This document shows, one piece after another, positions 1 to 12,743 of a DNA stretch of 64,000 nucleotides. The first letter of the stretch is position 1. Each line of letters begins with the position of its first letter. The position numbers and the translations under genes are program-made. This DNA comes from Fistulifera solaris (lineage: Eukaryota). The stretch lies in the NCBI GenBank assembly GCA_030295235.1, contig AP026135.1, forward strand, positions 248,001-312,000. Direction: 5' to 3'. The notes beneath the pieces are model-generated. The model saw only the letters and a program-made list of their open reading frames with translations. It did not search any database and had not been told where the DNA came from.

Positions 1-12
1 GCCCGCCCTGGC

Positions 13-3000
13 ATGGCTGCTACCAGTTTCATCCAAGTGATCGCAGCCGACGTTTGCCGACCTCCTGATCCTTCTTCATCTTCAAACGATTCGTCTTGTC
101 AGCATGGTGAGGATGGTGTTTTTCGGCGTCGCAAGCAAAATCGTTTTGTCGGAAACTGCGAGAGGAGCAAACGCCGTCGAAGACTTCAAGCGATTCCTCG
201 TTGGGCCTTGGAGCTTCCGGATATGATTGACAGCAATGGCCATTTGTGTACCGAGTCTTTAGATTTATCGTGTCCGCCGAACGGGCATCCTAAGCCTTGG
301 AACCTACTGGACGACTCTCTTCTGTTTTGCTATCCCACTGGGCATTTCTTTCCAGAGGGAGCTGCTAGTGAAAGTGAGACGATGTTGCTTCGAGAGGGAG
401 ATAATAGTGTAGACAACTCTAAAGCCTACTTTGCACCGTACGCGAAGCTGCCCCCGTCTATTTATGCCCTCCCTGCTTTGCATCAAGTGCATGTCGCTGG
501 AAAGCCTACCATGGCGGATCTGTTTCCGGTTATTTGGGATACTGGAGCCACAGTTGCTGTTACTTTCGACCGTGCTGACTTCACGTCCTACACTCCGACT
601 ACTGGCGATAAAGTTTTGTCTGGCTTTGCTGCAGGTTCTTCGATTGCCGGCACGGGCACTCTTGAGTGGACTGTTACTCTGTCCAACGGCAAGGGCTTTA
701 CTTTTCGGATCCCTGGGCTACATGTGCCCGATGCCAATGTCCGACTCTTCAGCCCACAGTCCTACTGTCAATTGGTGAAGGCGCAACGTAACGACGAACC
801 GCGTTTTTCAGGCGACTCGAGCCTCATTCATGTCGATCTGTTGGACGGCCACTTTCTTGATATTGTTTACTCTCCGGAAAACAACTTGCCTACTCTGGAG
901 ATGTTCCGAAAACAATCTGTTGCTCTCAATGCTGCAAAGATTCAAACTGTGTGACCGCGGCTGAGAATCAAAACTTGAGTGAAGCACAGAAATTTCTTCT
1001 TCGCTTACATTTCCGATTTGTTCACCGAAGCATGAAAAATATTCAAGCCTTGCTCAAAACCGGCGCTCTCGGAAATTCTGCTGAAGTCAAAGCGGCGGCG
1101 TTGTGATATTCCCAAGTGCTGCTTGCATGTATGGAAAAGGAAAGCGCAAGTCGACTGGAGCAAAATTGACCGTCGATCGCCAATCCAAAGTTCTCTCGAA
1201 GGATATTTTAATTCCGGGCCAGAAGGTTTCAATGGATCACTTCTCTGTTTCAACGAGGGGACGTCTCTACTCTGGTTTCGGTGGTACCAAAGATGATGAG
1301 AAGTTCAAAGGCGGTGTGATTTTTGTCGATCATGCAAGTGGATTCGTGTACGTCGTTCACGTTTTGAATTTTACTGCTGGCGAGGCTTTGCGCCAAGTTG
1401 GAGTTCGAAAGTGCAATGGCTAATCACGGCATCACGGTGGTCCAATATCATACCGACAATGGCACGTTCACGGGCGCAGGAGTTCACAAAGCAAATTGAT
1501 ACGAACTACCAGTCGATGACTCTCAGTGGACCTGGTGCTCACCACCAAAATGCTGTTGCTGAGCGATCGGAAGTATTATATCTCTTGCACGCACCACGAT
1601 GCTACATGCTAAACTGCGTTGGCCGAAAGCGATTTCTTCGGATTTGTGGCCTCAGGCGATCGATTATGTCGTTCAAAATTTCAACTACGGACCCGGGCGA
1701 AAATAATTCATCTCCGGCTGATATGATCTTCAGAACAACGACCGATCGAAAAGTGTTTGCTGATATGCATGTATGGGGATCACCCGCGTATATTTTGAAC
1801 CCTCAATTGCAAGATGGGCACAAGATTCCAAAATTTGAACCTCGCTCGAGACGCGGGCGTTTTCTTGGGTTTGTCAAAGCGGCATGCATCGAATGTTCCT
1901 GTCGTTCTGAACCTAGAAACAAACCGGATTTCCGCGCAGTTCCATGTTGTTGTTGATGATTGGTTTGCCACTGTTTCGAATGTCGCTAATGAGGATGATT
2001 CTGTCGATCCGGAGACTTGGGCCGACATCTTCGCATCATCTCGCTTTCAGGTATTTTTCGATGAGGATGATCCGATCGACTTGGATGATGAATGGTTGAG
2101 TCAAGATGAGTTGCATGTTCGAATTCAAGAGCGATCTCGCAAAATTCGAAGCGTCCAAGACACTGCTAGCCCTCCAGTTGATTTCGACAAAGTGCACCAG
2201 CGATTACGAACCGATGCCGAGCCTACAACTGAAAAGAGTTCAAACGAGCCTACATTGCAGAGGGAGCCAGAACAAAAGACAGTTACTACTCCTGTTAAAT
2301 TATCTGAGCCTATTTCAAAGCCGGTTGAGCCGATTCCTGCTCCAAAGGTTGCTGTGGATGCCAAGCCTCCATCAAGTTCGCCGGAAGAAGACACCAGCTG
2401 TTCCTGCCGAACCTCGCCGATCCACTCGCTGAGAGACGTGCTCCAAAGAGATTCAATGAATTTATTACAAACGTTGCTTCGGTTGTTCTTGCCGATTCCT
2501 CGCCAAACTTTCTCTTTTATTGCGTCGATTCATTCCGGCCTTGTTGCTTGTTGGGATTCGGAGATCGGCGAGTTTGATTTGCGCGACCCTGTTGCTTTTG
2601 CGCTATGCAGCGTGCAAAGAAGCCAAAGAAAGGTTCCGATCCCGACTATCCAATGTATCATCAAGCAATGTCGTCTGCCGAATATCGAGAATGGCAAGAG
2701 GCGATGGTGAAAGAAATTCGAATGTTGGAGATGATGGGGACGTGGAAGAAAATTCCGCGAGCTTCAGTACCTGCGAATAAGCGCGTGATAAAATCCACTT
2801 GGGCGTTTCGGCTTAAACGTTCACCGGATGGGACACCCACGAAGTACAAGGCGAGGTTTTGTGTTCGTGGCGACATGGAGATAAAAGGAGTAGACTACTT
2901 CGAGTCCTACTCTCCTGTCGTACAGTGGTCCACAGTTCGGTTGCTGTTAATTATGTCCATTGTCCACGGAATGCATACCCGCCAAGTTGATTATGTCAAT

Positions 3001-4360
3001 GCGTTTGCTCAAGCCCCTTGCCACCTACTGAAGAGTGCTACATTGAGATGCCTCAAGGATTTCACGACGATGGCGAAGACACTGTTTTGATGCTCCAGAA
3101 GACGCTTTACGGAAAGTCCGACAGTCCACTCCGATTCTTCAACTTGTTGAAGGACACTTTGGAGAAGCATGGTTTCAAACAGTTGGTCGACATCGATGCT
3201 TGCCTGTTCGTGCACGAAAATTATTTGTTTGACTTATGTCGATGATTGCCTTTGGTTCAGTCTCGATGAAAAGTGCATGGATGACATGATTGACACTATT
3301 GACAAGGTTTTAACTTTAACTGTGGAGTCGAAAGATGTTTCCGCGTTCTTGGGAATTCAGTTTACCCGTCGTGGAGATACTATCGAGTTGACCCAGAAAG
3401 GTCTCATTAAACGCGTCATCGAAGCCACCGACATGGCTGATTGTAATTCTTGCGACACGCCTGCTGAAAACAAGCCATTGGGAAAAGATTTGGCTGGTGC
3501 TGCGTTTGCCGAGTCTTGGAATTATGCTTCGGTTGTCGGAATGTTGCTCTACTTGTCGTCAAACTCTCGACCGGATATTGCATTTGCTGTCCACCAGTGC
3601 GCTCGCTTCACTCATTCACCACGGCAAAGTCATGCTAAAGCAATCAAGAGAATAGTGCGTTATTTAAAAGGAACGGCCGATCGTGGTTTGGTGATGCGTC
3701 CGACGAAAGAGTTGAAAATTGATTGTTTTGTTGATGCCGACTTTGCCGGATTGTGGGGTGCGGAAGATCCTGAAGATCCGATAAGTGTGAAGTCGCGTAC
3801 TGGTTATATTTTGACGCTCGGCAATTGCCCCCTACTTTGGGTATCGAAGCTACAGTCTGAAATCTCTCTAAGTACGATGGAGAGTGAATATGTCGCATTG
3901 AGTACCGCCATGCGCGATGTTTTGCCGATGCGAAGACTTGTTACTGCTGTTGCTAAGGCTATTACTGGAGAAGACCAAGTCGAGAGCATTGCCCATTCGG
4001 ATGTATTTGAAGACAACAATGGAGCTCACTCTTGCTACAATTCCGCGGATGACCCCTCGCTCGAAGCACTATGGCACGAAATATCATTTCTTCCGACAAC
4101 ATGTTCAAAGTGGTGAATTGAAAATCAACAAGATTGACACTAAAGAACAGCTTGCGGATATCATGACGAAAGGATTGCCTAGGGAAACGTTTACCTATCT
4201 TCGAGACAAGTTAATGGGTTGGGTTGAAAGTGATCCCTCTTCGTCTGAGAGGGAGTGTCACGGAAATGCGGATAGCGGGCAGACTACTAGGGACTCAGCC
4301 AATATGGCCGCACGACCTAATGCGAATTCCGATCCCCAAATCGGAAGCATCCGAATGTAA
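13..4360 (+). CDS. pol: Copia pol polyprotein (PR-IN-RT-RH), broken by about 10 frameshifts in this assembly
   Basis: ORFs 13..954, 1103..1423, 1411..1956, 1814..2710, 2605..3090, 3018..3245, 3169..4116 and 3917..4360 carry consecutive pol motifs, and the catalytic residues are retained. Confidence 0.9.
4247..4255 (+). other. Polypurine tract (GAGAGGGAG)
   Basis: Purine run immediately 5' of TGTCA at 4256, just after the RNase H coding region. Confidence 0.8.
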
Positions 4361-4675
4361 CCTCTTGGGCGAGGCCCAAGGGTCTTTGCACGATTTGGGT
4401 TGATCGTGAAGGCGTGAAAGGTTTGCAAGCAACGCGATACAAGAATGTTAGAGCCACATACGTGAGCTCAGAATTTCAAGATAAAACAAGACCTAGTCCG
4501 ATGGCAAGTGACATTCTCGGCGGAACCATCACCCAGTGAGATTCCACCTTGTTCATTTGTCGGATTTGTAAAGGCTTCATAATATTGTTGTTTGGAAAAC
4601 TTTGACTGTTTATCGTCTTAGCTCTACCAGATACTTCCTCTTCTGTTGTTGCGAAACGTAGCGACTTGGTTGACA
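4256..4675 (+). repeat. Putative 3' LTR (~420 bp), TGTCA...TGACA
   Basis: Starts TGTCA directly after the PPT and has the inverted terminus TGACA at 4671-4675. An alternative TGACA lies at 4509-4513. The 5' LTR is not in the window to confirm the boundary. Confidence 0.6.
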
Positions 4676-4870
4676 GAATTTCTGTTTCTGTCCGTCGATA
4701 CGTGAGACGCCGAAAGAGAAGAACGGAAAGAAACGATGGTGTCAAGCACCAAGCACACCCGCCCTTCGACGACTCTTTTCACATCACATCCGTCAACAAC
4801 CCATATCAATGGAGTCTGTCTTGTCTTGTATTGTATTGTATTACATCCTCACGAAAGCCTATAGTAGAAA

Positions 4871-5638
4871 ATGAAAATACTCGTAGGAGTTAAACGTGTC
4901 GTCGATTACGCCGTCAAAGTTCGGGTCGCCCAAGGCACGGTCGAATTGGCCAATGTCAAGCAAAGCATGAATCCCTTTTGCGAAATTGCCGTCGAAGAAG
5001 CGGTCCGACTGAAGGAATCTAAAATAGCCAAGGAAGTCGTTGCGCTCAGTATCGGTCCCAAACAATGTACCGAAACCTTGCGGACGGCTCTCGCTATGGG
5101 CTGTGATCGGGGCATTCACATTCAAACCGATTTGCGGACGGATTATATGGAATTGCAGCCCTTGGCAATTGCCAAGATGTTTCAACAAATTATTGAGCAG
5201 AAAGAAAACCCCGATTTGATCTTGTTGGGGAAACAGGGGATTGATTCGGATTGTGGACAAGTCGGTCCTATGCTGGCCGGATTGTTGCAGTGCCCGCAAG
5301 TGACGTTTGCCGCCAAAGTCGAATCCCACGACAGCGGTTTCCTTGTCGAACGAGAAACGGATGCGGGGACGGAATCGATTCACATTCAGACGCTCCCCGC
5401 GGTCATTACGTGTGATTTGCGGTTGAATGAACCGCGGTATGCGACCTTGCCCAATATTATGAAAGCGAAGAAGAAGCCCGTCGAAACCATTCTGGCCGAA
5501 ACGATGGGCATCGACTTGACGCCTCGCAATCAAGTATTGCAAGTCATTGAACCACCGCCGCGAAAAGATGGCATCAAAGTAGCGGATGTCGATGCGCTGA
5601 TTGAGAAGTTGAAGAATGAAGCCAAAGTGTTGGCGTGA
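4871..5638 (+). CDS. ETFB: Electron transfer flavoprotein beta subunit
   Basis: MKILVGVKRVVDYAVKVRV, SMNPFCEIAVEEAVRLKE, DLRLNEPRYATLPNIMKAKKKP. Confidence 0.97.
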   Translation: MKILVGVKRVVDYAVKVRVAQGTVELANVKQSMNPFCEIAVEEAVRLKESKIAKEVVALSIGPKQCTETLRTALAMGCDRGIHIQTDLRTDYMELQPLAIAKMFQQIIEQKENPDLILLGKQGIDSDCGQVGPMLAGLLQCPQVTFAAKVESHDSGFLVERETDAGTESIHIQTLPAVITCDLRLNEPRYATLPNIMKAKKKPVETILAETMGIDLTPRNQVLQVIEPPPRKDGIKVADVDALIEKLKNEAKVLA

Positions 5639-6109
5639 GTGAGTTCTATGTAAGTTTACTATAGAGATGAAACGGAACGTAGAGTAAACGGAATGCAATC
5701 ATCTATTATTTTTTTAGCATTCAGTCAATGTACTTTGTTCATTCTTTTCTAGAGCTGTGGATGCTGGCTTGGACAAGTCACCTCAAGTCCCTATCGATCA
5801 CAACTGCAGAGAAAATCACAAAAATCTCGATGTTTCCGTATTTTCTTGTTTCTACGAATGTGTCGCGCTTTGTACGAAGGCCGAGCTATCAAGCTGAAGT
5901 GTTAGGCAACGGGAGTAGTTACATACTTTGTAAGAAGATAAACGACCGGGAGTACAAAACCCATGGATCGCCCCATTGGTATAAACGACTTGTATAGAGC
6001 AAAAACGAAAGCAATCACTATTCATCGACATCCTTTTATGCACTTGTTATAATGACAGTCAATAAAAGATAAACAGCAGACAGCAGCTATAGTAATTCAA
6101 GGACAAGTC

Positions 6110-6703
6110 TTAATTGTTGGCATTGCCTTCACAGACAAAGTTGTTCTGAGAAAGAATGAGTGCGACAATTAAACCTGAAGTGGATTTGCGTGTCAGTGAA
6201 TTCTACCAACACCAACGGATGGATTCAAAACAGTTTATTCAAAACGTACCATACAAACCCAAGGCCTCGGCGAAAATCAAAATCAAAATCATACCCACAA
6301 AGAGTTTTTCTTGTTGTCCCACCGCACGGACACCGGCATCACCCACAATCCCAATCGCCATCCCGGCCGCCAATCCCGACAAACCACAGCACAATCCGGC
6401 CGCCAAATGAGCAAAGCCGGTGTAGAGCGAATACTGACTAAAGCCATTTTGCGGTTGCACAATGGAACCTTGAATAATGACCGCCACAATGAGACCGTAA
6501 ATACCCAAGACACCGGCCATGACGACGGGAATAATGTTGCGCATCACCAAGCCCGGATTCATGACTCCCATGGACGAAATGCCGACACCGGATTTGGCGG
6601 TACCGTAGGCGGCACCAATGTTGGCAAAGACCAAGGCGGATGTAACACCCATGAAACCAAAGAAGGGTGCCGAAGCGGGACAGGTTTCCATATCAACACT
6701 CAT
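6110..6703 (-). CDS. VHA-c: V-type H+-ATPase 16 kDa proteolipid subunit c (2 exons; intron 6175-6249)
   Basis: [42 protein letters not shown]. Removing the GTACG...CAG intron restores [10 protein letters not shown]...stop at 6110-6112. Confidence 0.96.
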
Positions 6704-7451
6704 AGTTGTAGCAATGTTTTATTAGACTAGTAGGTTCACAATAATAAATAAAAAAAAGAAAGAGCTGTAAAGAGGGGGTCAAATCCGTGTGAGACTCGAT
6801 ATATGCTCACAAGCCACACAAGCGTACATGCTTCTTGCCGAATTTGTCATTCTGATAGAAACAAAAAACCCGTTTCTATAATCAAGAATTTTTTCGTTTT
6901 TTTTACGAACATGGCAAATGACAATTCTTTACAACGACTCCGGACATAGTAGCGCATTATTATTCTATCATAAAAAGAAATGCTCGACGAGGCGACGAAA
7001 TTGTCGATGCAGTCTCAAAGGGCGCGGCCGTTCCACGCACCCGAATACACGTAAAAATCAATAACTGAAATTAAAATCAAAGAACGAGTGATTCGTACCT
7101 TTCTTTGTGGACTCAATGAGGGTAAAAAAAACGAAACAACTTTACTTCCTTATTAGCAATGGCAGTACTTTAGGTTCTTTTTTTTTTTTGTTCGCGTTTT
7201 TTTGTTCAGCTGTATATGTGCCACGGCCGCCGCACCGTACGTCGGCCAGATGGATTTGATTCGTGCGTGCGTGCGTGACCGGACTCCATTACGTCCGTCC
7301 GACATCCGACATTATTGGGCAGCTTTATTGATTATTACTCCTGAGTACCGTCCCAGGTATTCGGTTTCTATTTCGATCATAAAAGTCATCAATCACAAGT
7401 AGTAGTAAAGGATCCTTTCCTTCATCGAAGAATCGATTTCTATATATACCT

Positions 7452-7714
7452 ATGAGCATTACGATTCTCTTTTTGCTTCCGCACGAGAAGCAGCCGGGGT
7501 TTCGCAAACGCAACTGAATATACCAGCGACCGGATGGAACACGCAACAATTGCGACACGTCTTGGCGGAACTCTACCCAAACTTGCAATCGTTGGTATTG
7601 GATGAAGAATCTGTGACAATGGCACTGAATGAAGAATATGTACCGGCCGGGGAACATCCTTCTCTCCAGTCGGGTGATACGGTGGCTCTTATTCCGCCCA
7701 TTTCGGGGGGATGA
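7452..7714 (+). CDS. MOCS2A: Molybdopterin synthase small (sulfur-carrier) subunit, MoaD/MOCS2A; 1-nt deletion in a T-run near 7470
   Basis: Manual translation gives MSITILF(F)ASAREAAG...MALNEEYV...GDTVALIPPISGG*, with the diagnostic C-terminal Gly-Gly. Absent from the ORF track. Confidence 0.9.
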
Positions 7715-7753
7715 TCTTCCTACTACTTTTGGAGAAGAAATTGATTGCTTGAT

Positions 7754-9993
7754 TTATATAGATGACGGCGACGTCAGTCCCATTTTCATTAAACTAGGAT
7801 GAATGCTGGGCGTTCCGGGAGCTGTATTCGTAGGCGGTGGCCCTTCACGTGTTCCCGCATCCTCGTCGTCGTGATCCTGACTTCCTATTTGACGTCGTAG
7901 ATCATCGTTGTCTTCTTCTTCTCCTTCTTCTGCACTATCGTCATCCGTAGCATATCCATTTGGCAGCGTACGCATATCTTCCGTCGAAGGTGAGAACAAA
8001 TCTTGTTCAGGGCGCGGAACACCTTCCTCCCTGCAACTCAATGCCACCATTTTCCGACAGGAATCGAATGAAGGCAGCACAAAACCATTCGGTGGCTCGT
8101 CGACTTCAAACAACGGTTCTTCGTGGGGAATGGTAAGTGGCGCGGCATGATACACAAAGGAGTCGACCAACGCATGTAAATCGGCCAATTCCATGGACAA
8201 CAACTGCAGATACGTGCGCTTGATCTCTTCGGTGACTCGTATCGACACTTCTGAACCGGCATGCCATTGCTTGGATGTGCCCCATCTGTCCAACAGAGTA
8301 TGGCAGGATTGTGTCAATTTTTCAAGCAGTGTACAGAAGATATCGATCGTTCTACGGAGCACAAGTCCGTCGACAAATGGCTTCATTTTCCCGTGCTTCC
8401 TTCCGTTCGGAGTCGTCACGGCACTGGTGATGGTCGTTGTCAAACTCACATTGGACGTCATGGGAGTCTCATCGCAACCGGACGGCAAAGAGAAAACAGA
8501 CGTATCACCTCCTCGTACCAAATCGGGTGTTTCGGGATGCACCATACCGAGACAGTTCTTCACATGATCGTGAATCCGCCATGCACCTCCCTGATATTCG
8601 GCTACTTGAGATTGTGGCACTGCAGTGGTAACCAACTTTTGCAGAAAAGAATAGAGTTGCGCAAGTCATGATGTGTTTCATTTTCATCTGTTGCTGTGTG
8701 GCCCATCTCATCCACAATCTGCGTTAGTATTTCTGAAATTTTGGATCTGCTATCTTCGGAAAATCCTGTCAAAAGACCTTCACGGTCATACCGTTTGCAG
8801 TTATCCATCCCTGCTTGGAGACCACCGCGATCTTGTAATTCCGTAACGAAAGCAACATTATCTTGGAGTCGTTGAATTGAGGAAACAATTAGCTCTTCTT
8901 TGGCATGCCGTTGATTCTCGGACTTCGATTTTCGCAATGCGTGGTCAAGGTTCGCGTATTGTGAACTCGGAAAGTAGTCTTCGTTCATCATGTTCAAACT
9001 CATTTCAGGTTCAAAGACTTGAGATTCTTGATCCAAAGCCGATTGACTCATGGCTGACATATTGGTGAAATGGTCCAAAGACGATAGAATTAGTTCTTGC
9101 CCATCCACCAAGGGGGGTAAAATCATAGGCACCCATAGTTTCCGAATTCATGTGCAGGGCACGAGAAGCAAAGCTCGTGTTTGCTGCATGAATTAGCCGC
9201 ACTTGGGAAGAAAAGCTCGTGTTGATGTTAGAATTTTCCGATATTTTGGCTTTTTCTCGCCCAAGGTAAAAAATATTCGCTCGTGATGATGGCGAGGCAG
9301 CTAAGCTACTTGCTTTAGATATTGGACTGTCGACAAAGGATCGATTAGTATTCGGGTCTGGAACAGGTATACGAGCGTCATTTTGCGTTGTGTCGTTCAA
9401 AGCGTAGTATTCGTTGGCCAGATCGGGACTTTCCTCGTCAATCAATCGCTGATGATCAGCGGAGCCCCAGTCTGGCGTCCATCGGTATATCTCCTCATTT
9501 GTCCGCGGATTCTGTACGGGACCGATATTCAGTGCCACCAGAGCTCCCACTGCTGTTCTTGCATGTCCTGGCATTAAATGAGGCGATTGCGCTACGCCAT
9601 GACTGCCACTATGGGCCTGCGAAAACGGGCCACCCGAACTACCGGATGATTGAACTCCTTGCGTCGACCAACTTGCACTCAAACGAGGTGGTAATTGTGA
9701 GATCGCCGGTGGTCTGTTCTGCGATTCCCATTTATAGTTTGATAAACCCAAGTCTCGTTTGACAAAGGTATTTGCTCGTCGGGGACGAAGTCCCTCTGGA
9801 GTTGTCGGCAATCTCGAAAGTGTAATCTTGATCTGTTCCACGTCATCACTCTCACCAAACGTATCGCAGCTTTTACTTGCTGCGACAAGTGGGGGCATCG
9901 ATGAAAGTGTTTCAGAAGGGGAACGATCTTTTTTGCTTCGCTGAGTGAGTACGGCTTGTCGCGTCTCCAAAGGAAAGGAACCAGTGAATTCAT
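7754..9993 (-). CDS. Hypothetical protein (~740 aa), split by frameshifts
   Basis: Three overlapping same-strand ORFs (9011..9970, 8602..9132, 7754..8635) with coding-like composition. Ser-rich N-terminus, helical middle, acidic C-terminus. Confidence 0.6.
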
Positions 9994-10824
9994 GATGGTT
10001 GATGATAAAGAGTGTCTCGAGAACTTCAGCGTAGTTCTGTTCGCGCTAAGCTTTCAATAAGATTTCTCACGTTATGTTATACAGTAGAGGCTTGATTGGA
10101 TGAGTTTCACAGACGCTTTCTCGCTTCAATTGATTCAAATTTCGTCACTACTGTAATAGTTGTCCTTCACATTCGAGACGGGGTCGATAGATTTGTGAGT
10201 GAGTTGTGAGGGTGAAAACAAGAATGCGAGATCGCTTGCGATAAGCCTAAATGGAATCCGTGTCATGCTATGAGGAACACTTTGCATGAATACATAGTCG
10301 TATGTGATCATAGATGGATGGCGTTACGCGACTATAGGATTATTGAACAAACGACTTCTAAGTAATCGGTCACACCAAGTGAGATATCTGATACGTAGTA
10401 CGTACTCTGTATCTTTATTTTGTTCTTCGTCTCTATGCGAGATAGTGAAAAAGTCTCTGAAAACCGAAACGACTTCCAACTCAAGACCCACAATCCACGA
10501 TTGAGGCCATGGTCTCGACCGGCGCTTTCTGCGTGCTTGACTATGGCCCAAAGTGTCCATCGAACAGCGAAATGGACTTCACGTTTCACGTCTGAATTAC
10601 TTAAAGCCTGGGCCTCGAGTAATTCCATCTTACATCTTACTTGCCTGAAAAGTCGCCGAATTCTGAGTCGCGCTGTCGCGCTCATATCGCCTATACCGCT
10701 TCTTCTCGCGGGACCGTCGTGCGAACCGCAAACCCGCGCACCTCTCGCTCCCCCACACCCTCGTCACAAAAACCTGACCTCGCAAAAAGAAAAGGAACGA
10801 CCGCCACCACTACGGTGCCAATAG

Positions 10825-12669
10825 ATGACTGAAGGGAACAACAATGAACCGACCTCTCCAGCTGGTGATTTGTACAAAATATTTAAGAGAAGAGGACGTC
10901 TTTACTTGCAAGAAGCATCTTCAAAGCAAGAGGATGAAGATGGACAGAGCATTACTTCGGAGACGGCCAGCGCGATTTCAGGATGCGAATTGGAACGATC
11001 GGGCGTCCGCATTTACTTGCTGAATAACTTTTCGCGCAAACAACTGAGCACACATCATTTGAGTACACCTTTTGTGCCTTTTGTGGAAGGATTTCAAGCC
11101 CTTCTCGAAAATGAATACAAGCTGGCTTTGCATGATAACAACACCCATGTCGATACCACTGAAGCGCACCTAGCGGCAGCACGCAACATTCTTTGCCAGC
11201 TTCGCAGCTCTTTTACCGAAATGAAACAAACAACCTCTCAATTACAAATACCAACACATTCGCGTCGCGTGCTTTTTCAGCTAGTCGAATATTTCTTACG
11301 ACAAAAGGCTCGACTGATAAACAAGAGCGCGACAAATGATGATGTGGCAAAGAGAATCACTCTGATCAACGAACTGCTGAAAATGATCGAAGATATCTTT
11401 CCTCAATACAATATATCAGATGTCTGGCAGTCCGATTTGAATGCACTGGTGGAGAGATACTTGGATGAAGGTGTGCGAAAAAGCTTGCGAACATTCAGGC
11501 AGGCAAATATGAGGAGCCTATTTACTCGCGAAATACAACAGAAACAGACAGGGCGTGTCGGAACAAGTTTTCCAGCTGCTGTTATTCAAATAGTTGACAA
11601 CCAACTCGTAGCAGCAAAGCGATGCTTATCGTCCGATTACATCCAAGTTGTCCAGTCGGCTTGCAATGAAGAAATTTCGGAACTGGTCGCTGAAATGCTG
11701 CAAGCTGTCGAGCTAGCGTGCAATAGTTTGAATGCGAAACAGCTATGTGCTTTTATCAATGATGTCGATCGATTGAGAGAGCTAATGAAGAAGAGAAATA
11801 CCAAGTACGTGACGCGCCCATCCTTCAAGAAACGTGCAGAACAGTTGGACAAGGATACCATTTACCTATCACAGCACGCATCTGCTTTGCTAGCACAGAG
11901 ACTTATGAAAGAACTGGTGAAATTGGAGAAGATTTTAAGCAACATAGGCGATGCCAGATGGGAAACAGATGCCAGTAGAACAGGAGCCTTGCGGATAGTC
12001 AGTGTACTCACAGTACAGTTCAAACGCTTTGACTCGTACCTTGGTGATGCGTTTCCGAGATTTTTGAAAGCATGCTTTGATCAAACGATGCAATTGTACG
12101 TAGAAGCATTACTGCGGAACACCTTTCGTCGTCGTTGTGTAGCGCGAAGCGTTTCTCAAGGCCTGGAAGCCGACTACGCCGTCTTGCTGAATTTTTTCAA
12201 CAGCGATTTACTGGACAAACACTACGGTCGCCAAGGGTTCTACAATCTGCCGACACTCAATTTACACCTTCACCTTTTGAAAAGCATTGCCAATATTACT
12301 CAACCCGAACGCAGTGCCGATGATTTGAAACAAGACATTCAAGCTCTGTTGCGAGCGTTGGAGCCTACGGAGAACGCTACTCGCCTAATTATGCATTTTG
12401 CAGCTTTGGATCAGCAATATGAAGACTTTGACTCTAATAAATGGTTGAAGGTGATTGCTGAAGCCAGAAATGAAAACACCATCGACAGCGATTCGTCCTT
12501 TTGTTTTGATACCCGATTGGTTATTCCATTCTTGGAAAAGCATGTCGAGTCGTTCACACGAAGAACCACAAGCTCACGACAAGAGCGGCCCGTTGTCCAA
12601 CGTATTCGTAATTTGAAAAAGCCTCCCGTCGTGTTGCGATCCCAGTCAGATACCGTTTCTATAGTTTAA
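10825..12669 (+). CDS. Helical-bundle protein resembling exocyst Sec6/EXOC3 (divergent)
   Basis: 614-aa all-helical ORF. LCAFINDVDRL and FLKACFDQTMQLYVEALL segments recall the Sec6 C-terminal domain. Confidence 0.55.
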   Translation: MTEGNNNEPTSPAGDLYKIFKRRGRLYLQEASSKQEDEDGQSITSETASAISGCELERSGVRIYLLNNFSRKQLSTHHLSTPFVPFVEGFQALLENEYKLALHDNNTHVDTTEAHLAAARNILCQLRSSFTEMKQTTSQLQIPTHSRRVLFQLVEYFLRQKARLINKSATNDDVAKRITLINELLKMIEDIFPQYNISDVWQSDLNALVERYLDEGVRKSLRTFRQANMRSLFTREIQQKQTGRVGTSFPAAVIQIVDNQLVAAKRCLSSDYIQVVQSACNEEISELVAEMLQAVELACNSLNAKQLCAFINDVDRLRELMKKRNTKYVTRPSFKKRAEQLDKDTIYLSQHASALLAQRLMKELVKLEKILSNIGDARWETDASRTGALRIVSVLTVQFKRFDSYLGDAFPRFLKACFDQTMQLYVEALLRNTFRRRCVARSVSQGLEADYAVLLNFFNSDLLDKHYGRQGFYNLPTLNLHLHLLKSIANITQPERSADDLKQDIQALLRALEPTENATRLIMHFAALDQQYEDFDSNKWLKVIAEARNENTIDSDSSFCFDTRLVIPFLEKHVESFTRRTTSSRQERPVVQRIRNLKKPPVVLRSQSDTVSIV

Positions 12670-12743
12670 AGGAGACTAAGCCTGCTTTCTTCCAGTTCAT
12701 AGACCTATTATTTGACCTGTACGTCCTTTGTACGGCACGAATT

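Larger units (their letters stand above)
1..4675 (+). mobile_element. Ty1/copia LTR retrotransposon (diatom CoDi-like); pol region plus 3' LTR, 5' part outside the window
   Basis: Copia domain order across frameshifted ORFs: protease (VIWDTGA), integrase (NQNLS..LLRLHFRFVH zinc region, VSMDH, YHTDNG, NAVAER, GHKIPKFEPRSRRG), RT (KARFCVRGD, YVDD), RNase H (FVDADFAG, ESEY, EDN, LADIMTK). A PPT is followed by TG. Confidence 0.95.

Noticed and set aside
952..954. Programmed readthrough or frameshift at the TGA ending the first copia ORF
   Set aside because: The adjacent frame continues as CVTAAENQNLS, and the element has many similar indels, so error or decay is the simpler explanation.
4859..5698. 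279-aa antisense ORF over ETFB (similar shadows over trpD, 57722..58315, 61366..62064 and 63361..63972)
   Set aside because: Antisense to well-supported genes and without motifs; explained by codon bias.
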